From an uncultured virus (IMG/VR IMGVR_UViG_3300032117_000007) (taxonomy: Duplodnaviria; Heunggongvirae; Uroviricota; Caudoviricetes): a stretch of DNA of 20,000 nucleotides. The stretch lies in the IMG/VR virus record IMGVR_UViG_3300032117_000007; one strand, 5' to 3'. The notes under the pieces are model-generated. The model ran no database searches, was not told the DNA's origin, and saw nothing but the letters and a program-made list of their open reading frames with translations. This document shows positions 8,341 through 15,963 of the stretch, piece after piece. The translations under genes were made by a program, and so were the position numbers. Position 1 is the first letter of the stretch; each line of letters opens with the position of its first letter.

Positions 8341-8965
8341 AATTAAAAGGATCATTTTTGAATCATATGAAAAGCATCATGTAACTGCTCCTTCCGTCCG
8401 ATTCCAACCTCCTACGGAAGGTCATGGAGAAGTTATTGATACAGTAAAGAGTGAAGCAAAAAAAGTTGGTGGTAGTCATTCAATAGTACTATCACATTCT
8501 CATGATGCTAAAAATCCACTCACACCTGAACAAAAACTCAAACATGCCAAAAGAGCATGGCCAGATATGAATATATCTACATCATCTGTTGAACAACCAA
8601 CTTTGCTTCATCATCTTGCAAATCTTCACAAACAAGGTGTAACACATGTAACTGTTGTTGGTGGTCAAGATAGAGTGGAAGGATTCCGGAATCTCATACA
8701 CAAGTATAATGGACAAACTGGTGCCCATGGCTATTATAATTTTAAAGGGATCAATGTTGTATCGGCAGGTGAAAGAGATCCAGACGCGGAAGATGTAACA
8801 GGTATTTCCGGAACCAAAATGAGAGCCGCGGCAGAAAGGGGTGATAAAGAAACATTTCATGCTGGAGCACCATCAAATATGACACCAGATCAAAAAGATG
8901 AAATGATGAGAGATGTTCAGAATGGTATGAAAAAGTTTGAAAAGAAAAAAATAAGTAAAAAATAG
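8327..8965 (+). CDS. Cytidylyltransferase-like (HxGH-family) nucleotidyltransferase
   Basis: RFQPPTEGH, KNPL, VGGQDRV, SAGERDPD, ISGTKMR; the ATG at 8327 follows SD AAGGGA and overlaps the end of the upstream gene. Confidence 0.85.
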   Translation: MLLSRIKRIIFESYEKHHVTAPSVRFQPPTEGHGEVIDTVKSEAKKVGGSHSIVLSHSHDAKNPLTPEQKLKHAKRAWPDMNISTSSVEQPTLLHHLANLHKQGVTHVTVVGGQDRVEGFRNLIHKYNGQTGAHGYYNFKGINVVSAGERDPDAEDVTGISGTKMRAAAERGDKETFHAGAPSNMTPDQKDEMMRDVQNGMKKFEKKKISKK

Positions 8966-8972
8966 GGGAAAG

Positions 8973-9554
8973 ATGATGACGGAAGAAAGAAAAGGCCTTT
9001 GGTATAATATTCATGCAAAACGTGAACGTATTAAACATGGATCTGGGGAACATATGAGAAAACCAGGCTCCAAGGGTGCACCTACACAAGCCGATTTTAA
9101 AAATTCACAAACAGAAGAAACAAAAAAACCAGAAACTTCTGATCATGCTCATGCATCTTCAAAGCATATTAAAACACCTCAGGATAGTGAAAAACAATCT
9201 GTAAATTCATCTGATGCAGATTCAAGATTTGACGGTTCAACATCTCTTGCAAATACTTATAAATCAGAAACACCTGGTCAAATCGTCAAAAGAGTAGTTA
9301 AAGAAGCACTTTATCACGGGAAAGAAGTTCCCCTAAATAAGCCGATGAAAGGCGACGTTAAAAAGTCTAAGGTATATGTCAAAGATCCTGAAACTGGTAA
9401 CGTCAAAAAAGTGAACTTTGGTGATAAACATCTCAGTATTAAGAAGGATATTCCTGCTCGGAAACGATCATATTGTGCTAGATCATCTGGACAAGGAAAT
9501 TTAACAAAGAAAACAAGTGCTAACTATTGGTCGAGAAGGGCATGGAATTGTTAA
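8973..9554 (+). CDS. Basic modular phage protein, putative internal head protein (C-terminal module resembles DUF6321 from memory)
   Basis: Modules GLWYNIHAKRERIK..GAPT and LNKPMKGDVKK..VNFGD..RKRSYCAR..ANYWSRRAWNC separated by VKE-type sites; SD AGGGG. Confidence 0.7.
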   Translation: MMTEERKGLWYNIHAKRERIKHGSGEHMRKPGSKGAPTQADFKNSQTEETKKPETSDHAHASSKHIKTPQDSEKQSVNSSDADSRFDGSTSLANTYKSETPGQIVKRVVKEALYHGKEVPLNKPMKGDVKKSKVYVKDPETGNVKKVNFGDKHLSIKKDIPARKRSYCARSSGQGNLTKKTSANYWSRRAWNC

Positions 9555-9703
9555 AATTCAAAGAGTTTATTACTGAACTCAAAGTTAGAGAAGCTGATGG
9601 CACCGAAATGATTATTCATAAAGTGCCTATTCGTATGGCCGATGGTAAAATTAAGAAGATGTATCCGGGTAAAAGCGGTAGTTCCGGAGGTGGAGGAAAA
9701 TAA
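9542..9703 (+). CDS. Unannotated 53-aa protein with capsid-targeting-like leader
   Basis: MELLKFKEFITELKVREADGTEMIIHKVPIRMADGKIKKMYPGKSGSSGGGGK; alternative TTG start at 9548 gives MLKFKEFITE; fills the gap between neighbouring genes. Confidence 0.75.
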   Translation: MELLKFKEFITELKVREADGTEMIIHKVPIRMADGKIKKMYPGKSGSSGGGGK

Positions 9704-9725
9704 TAACTCAATAAAGGAGCATCTC

Positions 9726-9932
9726 ATGCTAAAGGGTATTTGGAAAAAAATTACAAATATGCTTGGGTGTGATGAGACTAGACTAATTGAAAATGAACCT
9801 CCAATAATAATTCAAAAGAAAAAAATAATAAATAGACCAGAGATACATATGATAAGTAAAGAACAGTTTATGCAAGAACTTGATGAATATGTAAACCATT
9901 TACATGAACTCAAACACAAGGGACGGAAATAA
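9726..9932 (+). CDS. Hypothetical protein (68 aa)
   Basis: SD AAGGAG precedes the ATG at 9726, a better start than 9642. Confidence 0.7.
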   Translation: MLKGIWKKITNMLGCDETRLIENEPPIIIQKKKIINRPEIHMISKEQFMQELDEYVNHLHELKHKGRK

Positions 9933-9933
9933 A

Positions 9934-10116
9934 ATGGAAGTATTATACTTAGTATTAGGTGCATTGGGCGCTTGTGTGGTATATTATATGATTCGTGAAT
10001 TAATTGAAAATAAGCAAACAGTGACAAAGATTGAAGAAACTGCAGTTGCAACTGCCAAGAAGGATATTGCAACTGCAGCAAATACCGTAACAACAGACGT
10101 TAAGAAGATTGTATAA
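9934..10116 (+). CDS. Small membrane-anchored protein (60 aa)
   Basis: N-terminal hydrophobic helix VLYLVLGALGACVVYYMI; ATG lies 1 nt after the upstream stop. Confidence 0.7.
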   Translation: MEVLYLVLGALGACVVYYMIRELIENKQTVTKIEETAVATAKKDIATAANTVTTDVKKIV

Positions 10117-10119
10117 TCT

Positions 10120-10557
10120 ATGAATGAATTAATTGAAAAGATGAAAGTTGTGCTAGCTAGCACATTTGCTTTCTATCTAAAGAGTCATGGGTTTCATTGG
10201 AATGTTGAGGGAGTATATTTCCCTCAACTCCATTCCTTTTTTGAAACAATTTATACTGATGCATGGAAAGCAGTTGATAAAATTGCAGAAGAAATTCGTA
10301 CGTTAGATGCATATGCTCCTGGCAGTCTTTCAAGACTTCTTCAGTTGAGTGTTGTTGAAGATCAGATTAATATTCCTACAGCATTAAAAATGGTCAAAGA
10401 ACTTGAAATTAATAATAATGCTTTAATCAATGAGCTTAGAACTGCTCAAAAATTAGCAGAAAAAACTGATTGTGTAGGCCTAGCAAATTTCCTCCAAGAC
10501 AGGATCGACAAGCACCATAAGCATGCTTGGATGCTCCGGTCAATCACAAAGAGTTAA
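10120..10557 (+). CDS. dps: Dps / ferritin-like DNA-protection protein
   Basis: HGFHWNVEG..F.QLH..FE, DKIAEEIRTL, HKHAWML; length 145 aa is typical of Dps. Confidence 0.92.
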   Translation: MNELIEKMKVVLASTFAFYLKSHGFHWNVEGVYFPQLHSFFETIYTDAWKAVDKIAEEIRTLDAYAPGSLSRLLQLSVVEDQINIPTALKMVKELEINNNALINELRTAQKLAEKTDCVGLANFLQDRIDKHHKHAWMLRSITKS

Positions 10558-10561
10558 AAAA

Positions 10562-12019
10562 ATGGAAAAATATAGATCACTAGAAAACGTTATTCGGGCT
10601 GTTGTAAAAGAAAGTGCTACTGGTTATTCCCACATGAAAGGGAATGTAACAGGCACAGATATTGGCAGTCCTATCCAGCAAGGTCCTGGTAGACCAATTG
10701 GCAGACTTCAGCATTTATCAAATATCCGTGTGCAAAATAAAGATGATGCTGCAAGAAATGCTTCTCAGAATGCAAAGAAACAACGTGAAGATACTATTGC
10801 CGATAGAAAACATGCTGAAAAAATTCGGAAACATACTGGCAAAGTATATGCGGAAGAAGAAAAAGAAACTGATTCAGTTCCAGAAGGTACTGAAAAACGT
10901 AGAAAAGTTGAGAATGTTGCACGAGAGAATTCAGCAGAACCAACTTCAGAAAAATCAACTCTTGGAAGAAATGCAAGTATTGTATCAAAAGTTTTAGAGG
11001 AGAAACAAGCCGTGTTTTCAGATAATAAATTTGGTCTACCTACTTCAGTCATTGAAACTACCCGAGCAATTTTGGAAAAGACCATGGAATCTCATCCTGG
11101 TGATCCAAAGAAGATTACTGCTGGTGGTAAGACTGATGTAAAGATTGAACCTTCTTTAAAGCAGTTAACTGCTAATGAAGAAGTTAAAAAGGATAATAAG
11201 GACATTGATGGTGAGGAAAGTGGATCTGAAGAGGAAGAAAAGGAAAAATCAAAAGTAAATAAAGAAAAAAATGAACAGAAAAAGATGGCGGAAGATGTAA
11301 ACTTTTCTGATGATGAACTTGAAACACTTGAAGAATTAGCTGCTTCACTTGGTTTAAATGAAGCACCATATGGTTCAAGTGATGGCAAGCAATCATATAA
11401 CACAAATGATCAAGGCGGTTCCAGAGGACTTGGACCGACAACATCTGGTTATCTTCAGGAAAAATGCAAGAAGTGCAAAAAGAAAATGTGCACTTGCGGA
11501 ATGAAAGAGGAATTATCACCAAAGCAGAAGAAAATTGCTGCACTAGCTGGTAATCCTAAGAAGATTGATGCTGAAGATTTTAAAGAACTTCGCGCACACG
11601 GTATGAAGGAAAGCAATGAAAAAAGTTTAGAAGTTCATAACACACAAGAACATCCTGGTCGTGCAAAGGAAATTGAAAAGATTATAAAGGGTGCTACAAA
11701 GAAAATTTTTGGTGAAGAATCAGTATTAGATGAAGGTCGCGGTCGACCACGAAAGAATCCTATTGAAAAGCCAGAAGATGATGATACGGAAGCAAATTCT
11801 AATGTAATCAATAGAATTCGTCAAGCCCGTAATTCTATGGCTGGTGGTGCTAAAACAACACTAAAACACGAGAACGGTGAAGAAACAGTGTTGACACCTG
11901 ATGTTGCTCGTATGCTTGATAATGCACATAATGTCAAAAGAACGCCCGCGGAAAAGGAAGCATTTGTTTCAGCTATTCGCGCTAGTCGTGCATCAATGCT
12001 TAAAGCAATGGGTCACTAA
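10562..12019 (+). CDS. Highly charged modular protein, putative prohead core/internal head protein
   Basis: K/E-rich, low complexity; recurrent hydrophobic-x-E sites; ELSPKQKKIA..KIDAEDF module; AT-hook GRGRPRK. Start chosen at ATG 10562, just after the dps stop. Confidence 0.65.
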   Translation: MEKYRSLENVIRAVVKESATGYSHMKGNVTGTDIGSPIQQGPGRPIGRLQHLSNIRVQNKDDAARNASQNAKKQREDTIADRKHAEKIRKHTGKVYAEEEKETDSVPEGTEKRRKVENVARENSAEPTSEKSTLGRNASIVSKVLEEKQAVFSDNKFGLPTSVIETTRAILEKTMESHPGDPKKITAGGKTDVKIEPSLKQLTANEEVKKDNKDIDGEESGSEEEEKEKSKVNKEKNEQKKMAEDVNFSDDELETLEELAASLGLNEAPYGSSDGKQSYNTNDQGGSRGLGPTTSGYLQEKCKKCKKKMCTCGMKEELSPKQKKIAALAGNPKKIDAEDFKELRAHGMKESNEKSLEVHNTQEHPGRAKEIEKIIKGATKKIFGEESVLDEGRGRPRKNPIEKPEDDDTEANSNVINRIRQARNSMAGGAKTTLKHENGEETVLTPDVARMLDNAHNVKRTPAEKEAFVSAIRASRASMLKAMGH

Positions 12020-12027
12020 TCACTTTT

Positions 12028-12035
12028 AATAAATA
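12028..12035 (+). promoter_or_regulatory. Late-promoter variant AATAAATA
   Basis: One mismatch to TATAAATA, intergenic, upstream of SD AGGAG (12051-12055) and the structural gene at 12063. Confidence 0.55.
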
Positions 12036-12062
12036 ATAAAAAGATTCTTTAGGAGAACAAAA

Positions 12063-13055
12063 ATGCAGTGGGGACAAAACGATCAGGCAGTTACTGCCAA
12101 TTCTTCAACTACAAAAGAAAGTTCAGTTGGTGCTCCAATTGGTACTTATGCTCTAGCAAAGGGCTCGGGGAATGGTATCAATCCAGTATCAATGGATGCA
12201 AATGCTCATTTTGGCAATACATCACCAGGTTCACGTGCAAACGTAGATTATAATATGTTTGGCAATACAACTGTAGGTGCATTTATCAATAATATGGCCG
12301 TTGGGGTTTTTGGTGTAAATGCAACAATGCTAAGCACATCAGGTGGTGGCATTGTTCTTGGTTATGTAACATTTGGTGGTTCTGGTTATCAGGCTAATGC
12401 TACTGCTACTTTGACCGTAACAAATGGTGGATCTTCAGGTGTTGTGAATGCTCATGCTAATACAACAGGGAATGCCGGTCGTATTGATTCTTTATTACCT
12501 CAGACTGCTGGCGCTGGTTATATCACTGCACCAACAGTTGCTATTGCTGCTCCTGCTGCAATTCAGATTGGCGCCAATTCAACATATATCAATGCTTCAG
12601 CTAATACAATTCTTCTAGCTTCTGCTAATTCTTATTGGCAGGCAAATGATAGATTCTACTATGCTGTTGCTGCTGGAAATACAGCAATCGTTGGTCTAAC
12701 TGCAAACACATATTATTATATTTCATTCGTGAATGCCTCTTCTCTTGCAGTTTCTGCTGCACCAGGTGGTGCTAATCTTCTACTAACGGCAAATGCTTCC
12801 TCAACTGAACATGCTGGTCATACAATCCAGGGTGATACAGCCACAGGTTATGTTGATGTTGGTTCTGTATATCCTCAGGCTACACATTCGGGTTGGGTAG
12901 TTCGTAGAGAAGGTACCGGTGGCAGAACAGGTCGTGTTACATATGAAACATTGGTTGCTATGGGTTCACTAGGTGTGAATGGTGTTACAACTACTGGTGT
13001 ATATGGAACAGCAAATATTACTCAGTCCAATTCAGCAGTTGATCCAATCGCGTAA
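12063..13055 (+). CDS. Virion structural protein (G/A/T/N-rich, beta-rich)
   Basis: N-terminal WGQND, GGSGY and GAGYITAPTV motifs, C-terminal HSGWV..GTGGRTGRV.YETLVAM motif seen in T4-like structural proteins; strong SD. Confidence 0.75.
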   Translation: MQWGQNDQAVTANSSTTKESSVGAPIGTYALAKGSGNGINPVSMDANAHFGNTSPGSRANVDYNMFGNTTVGAFINNMAVGVFGVNATMLSTSGGGIVLGYVTFGGSGYQANATATLTVTNGGSSGVVNAHANTTGNAGRIDSLLPQTAGAGYITAPTVAIAAPAAIQIGANSTYINASANTILLASANSYWQANDRFYYAVAAGNTAIVGLTANTYYYISFVNASSLAVSAAPGGANLLLTANASSTEHAGHTIQGDTATGYVDVGSVYPQATHSGWVVRREGTGGRTGRVTYETLVAMGSLGVNGVTTTGVYGTANITQSNSAVDPIA

Positions 13056-13074
13056 TTAAACGAAAGTCGATATT

Positions 13075-13368
13075 ATGGCTAATGATGCTAAAAAGATTAG
13101 TGATTTAGTTGTTGCTAACACGATGGCTCTTACTGATAGAGTTGTCGTGTTAGTAAACGCTAACACAACTGCAAATGTTCAAACAATCACACTTCAAAAT
13201 TTTGCAAATGTTCTAATTTCAACACAAAATGTATCTACATTTTCAGCAACTGTTCCTTCCAATTCCTCATCGACTGGTGTGAAGGGACAGTTTGCATATG
13301 ATGCAACACATTTTTATGTTTGTATTGCAAACAATTCATGGATTAGAACAACGATGAGTACTTTCTAA
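13075..13368 (+). CDS. Small fibre/structural-type protein
   Basis: N-terminal KKISDL and C-terminal PSNSSSTGVKGQFAYDATHFYVCIANNSW.R, both motifs typical of phage fibre proteins. Confidence 0.65.
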   Translation: MANDAKKISDLVVANTMALTDRVVVLVNANTTANVQTITLQNFANVLISTQNVSTFSATVPSNSSSTGVKGQFAYDATHFYVCIANNSWIRTTMSTF

Positions 13369-13369
13369 T

Positions 13370-13615
13370 ATGAAAACACGTATCAACTTTAGATATGCTA
13401 TTCAGACCGCGTTTACCGGTTCAAATGACATGTCTGTTGATATTATTCGTGTTTTGACTACATTATCATTTTTTGTATTTTTTACATTGGAAGTTTATAA
13501 GGTTATGGTTATGCAAAAGGATTTCAACCCGATGGAATTTGCTGCCGCGTGTGGTACTATGTTCACCACTGCCGGTGCTTCACTTTTAATTAAATCAAAG
13601 ACCGAACCGCAATAA
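13370..13615 (+). CDS. Small two-helix membrane protein (holin-like candidate)
   Basis: Hydrophobic segments VLTTLSFFVFFTL and FAAACGTMFTTAGASLLI, ending in KSKTEP. Confidence 0.55.
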   Translation: MKTRINFRYAIQTAFTGSNDMSVDIIRVLTTLSFFVFFTLEVYKVMVMQKDFNPMEFAAACGTMFTTAGASLLIKSKTEPQ

Positions 13616-13625
13616 AGATAGTAGT

Positions 13626-14027
13626 TTGACTAAATTTGAATTTTTAACTGATAGTAATTTTTTACTATATTGTGCAAAATATTATGATAATCCGCATTGT
13701 GAATCTACCGAAGAGTTTATGGAAGATTTAAACAAGATAAGATATATCAAAAAACTTATCTTTAAGTATAAAGAATGTGGTGAACTGAAAGAACGATTGA
13801 TTCTAAATCATATTATATTGTTACGGAATGTGTTTAGAAATCACACGGTCAGAATTTTATATTTAAAATTAAAAAATGAATTTGAATATGTGAAACCTTT
13901 TTTGGTATTACTTGATGCACTTCCTGATGTCATATATAATATCGGTGATGAAACTATAATTTATACAGATGTTATACCTATGGATTCTGGAATAATCAAA
14001 GCACTGAGGTTAAGTATCAATGAATAA
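13626..14027 (+). CDS. Conserved T4-like phage hypothetical protein
   Basis: NFLLY.AK.YDNP.C...EEF.EDL, GELKERLILNHII motif recognised from T4-like phages; TTG start. Confidence 0.8.
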   Translation: MTKFEFLTDSNFLLYCAKYYDNPHCESTEEFMEDLNKIRYIKKLIFKYKECGELKERLILNHIILLRNVFRNHTVRILYLKLKNEFEYVKPFLVLLDALPDVIYNIGDETIIYTDVIPMDSGIIKALRLSINE

Positions 14028-14175
14028 TCTTTTATCTTTTTTGGATTTTATTGCTGAGACAGAATCGGCAGTTCCAACAAATGCTGTAGGCGCTTCTGGA
14101 ATGGGCTCCACATCAGCAGGACCAATTCAAGGTTATGATCCTTTGCTTAAAAATAAGAAAAAGAAACCTTCATAG
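14020..14175 (+). CDS. Unannotated 51-aa protein with capsid-targeting-like leader (architecture like T4 gp61.1)
   Basis: MNNLLSFLDFIAETESAVPTNAVGASGMGSTSAGPIQGYDPLLKNKKKKPS; SD GAGGT at 14006-14010; overlaps the upstream stop. Confidence 0.75.
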   Translation: MNNLLSFLDFIAETESAVPTNAVGASGMGSTSAGPIQGYDPLLKNKKKKPS

Positions 14176-14181
14176 GAGTGT

Positions 14182-14613
14182 ATGATGGCCGTTGTACCAA
14201 TAGAACCACTTCCTATTAATGAATCTAGATTTTCAAAAATGGAAGATGCTATCGAAAAACTTACTGGAGTTGCTTCCGATCTATCAAAGCTATTAGCAGT
14301 TCAAGAACATAGAATCACACAACAAGAAAAATCAAATGATTTCATTCTAAAATTATTAGAGAAAAGAAGAGAAGATATGGACGCTCATGTTGATAAAATC
14401 TATAATACAATCGACGAACGAGATGCCAAAATTTTAGAAGAAGTCAAAGAAATGCGAAGTGAAGCAAACATTCAACATAGACTTGTAAACGACAAAATCA
14501 CAAAACTTGAAAAGTTGATTTGGCTTGCAATCGGTTCTGGTGCTGTTATTGGATATATTCTTGATTATGGAATTCAAATATTTTTAAAAGTAAATCCACT
14601 CATTATGCGTTGA
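14182..14613 (+). CDS. Coiled-coil protein with C-terminal transmembrane helix
   Basis: Heptad-like body, then LIWLAIGSGAVIGYIL; SD AGGAG. Confidence 0.75.
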   Translation: MMAVVPIEPLPINESRFSKMEDAIEKLTGVASDLSKLLAVQEHRITQQEKSNDFILKLLEKRREDMDAHVDKIYNTIDERDAKILEEVKEMRSEANIQHRLVNDKITKLEKLIWLAIGSGAVIGYILDYGIQIFLKVNPLIMR

Positions 14614-14636
14614 TGGAATCTTCCGAAACAATTCCA

Positions 14637-14664
14637 TTGACTTTTCAATTGGATGGTGTATAAT
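14637..14664 (+). promoter_or_regulatory. sigma70-like promoter for primase
   Basis: TTGACT (14637-14642), 16 nt spacer, TATAAT (14659-14664). Confidence 0.7.
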
Positions 14665-14697
14665 CTCTATTGAGCTTAAAACAATAGAGTCATTATT

Positions 14698-15720
14698 ATG
14701 AATTGGTTAGAAAACAAATATATATCTACACTGTCAAACAGACTAAGGAATTATTCCAAAAAGTCTGGAAATACCTATAACTTTTCATGTCCAATTTGTG
14801 GTGATTCACAAGTTGATAAACGGAAAGCCAGAGCATATATTTACACCAAGCAAGGTGTGACATTGTTTCATTGTCATAATTGCACACTTACTACTTCATT
14901 TGAGAAATTTCTCAAATCTGTAGATTATCAATTATTTTCCGAATATAAATTAGAATTATTAAAAAATAAGAATGATGGTAAGGAAAGTCTAAATGCTTTC
15001 ATCGAGAAGATGAAGCGGCCTGTATTCCTTCAGTCTGGGCCACTGAAAGGTCTTAAAAAAATTAGTCAACTTCCCTACGATCATCCTGCTAAAATTTATA
15101 TTTCAGAAAGGAAGATACCAAATCCATTTCATGCAAAAATATTTTGGTGTCCCAATTTCTTTGCATGGTCAAATGAACTAATTCCTTCTAAGTTTGATAA
15201 AAATGCTTTAAAACATGATGAAGGGAGAATTGTCATTCCTTTCTTTGATAAAGATAAGAGCATGCATGCTTTTCAAGGAAGATCCTTATCTCCTCTAAGT
15301 AAAACTAGATATATTACTTTAGTAAATGACGAGAGTAAACCTAAGATTTTTGGTCTAGATGAAGTAGATTTCAATAAAAAAGTATATGTTTTTGAAGGAC
15401 CTTTTGATTCTATGTTTATTCCAAATTCTATTGCAACTGCAGGCGGTGATCTAGTTTCTACTATTAGCTCATTACCAAAAGAAAATCTAGTTATTTGCTA
15501 TGATAATGAACCTAGAAGCCATGAAACAAAGAAAAAGATTGACAAATGCATAATTCAGGGATATAATGTATGTATATTCCCATCTAATCTTGATATTAAA
15601 GATGTAAATGATATGGTTCTGGAAGGTCTAAGCCCTGACTTTATAAAGCACATCATTGATACAAATACTTATAGAGAATTGGCAGCCAAATTGGCTTTGG
15701 CAACTTGGAGTAAGGTGTGA
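14698..15720 (+). CDS. 61: DNA primase, T4 gp61-like
   Basis: Zn finger CPICGDS..FHCHNC, RIVIPF, FQGR, TOPRIM motifs VFEGPFDS, YDNEPR, KDVND. Confidence 0.97.
   Translation: MNWLENKYISTLSNRLRNYSKKSGNTYNFSCPICGDSQVDKRKARAYIYTKQGVTLFHCHNCTLTTSFEKFLKSVDYQLFSEYKLELLKNKNDGKESLNAFIEKMKRPVFLQSGPLKGLKKISQLPYDHPAKIYISERKIPNPFHAKIFWCPNFFAWSNELIPSKFDKNALKHDEGRIVIPFFDKDKSMHAFQGRSLSPLSKTRYITLVNDESKPKIFGLDEVDFNKKVYVFEGPFDSMFIPNSIATAGGDLVSTISSLPKENLVICYDNEPRSHETKKKIDKCIIQGYNVCIFPSNLDIKDVNDMVLEGLSPDFIKHIIDTNTYRELAAKLALATWSKV
15539..15567 (+). promoter_or_regulatory. Consensus sigma70 promoter inside the primase gene
   Basis: TTGACA (15539-15544), 17 nt spacer, TATAAT (15562-15567). Confidence 0.75.
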
Positions 15721-15962
15721 TGTTTTTTGATACATTGAAATTGATTAATCAACTAAGAGCAGAGAATTCCCTTCCGTCCTATCATAAATCACCTTCATTA
15801 CTAACAGCAGCTGCATTTGAACTTGAAAAGCTCAATCAGTATCGTGATTTGGTGTTGTTCATTGCAAATGACTATAATGAATTGAGTTATGATAAGATCA
15901 AAACTCAACGTGATGAGTGGCGGAAACTTTGTCAAAATCTGATTAATAAGTTGGAGGATTAA
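15717..15962 (+). CDS. Hypothetical protein
   Basis: GTGA overlap with the primase stop; SD-like GGAG/AAGG upstream. Confidence 0.7.
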   Translation: MMFFDTLKLINQLRAENSLPSYHKSPSLLTAAAFELEKLNQYRDLVLFIANDYNELSYDKIKTQRDEWRKLCQNLINKLED

Positions 15963-15963
15963 A

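Noticed and set aside
9827..9834. AATAAATA as an additional late promoter
   Set aside because: One mismatch, inside an A-rich coding tract; cannot be distinguished from chance.
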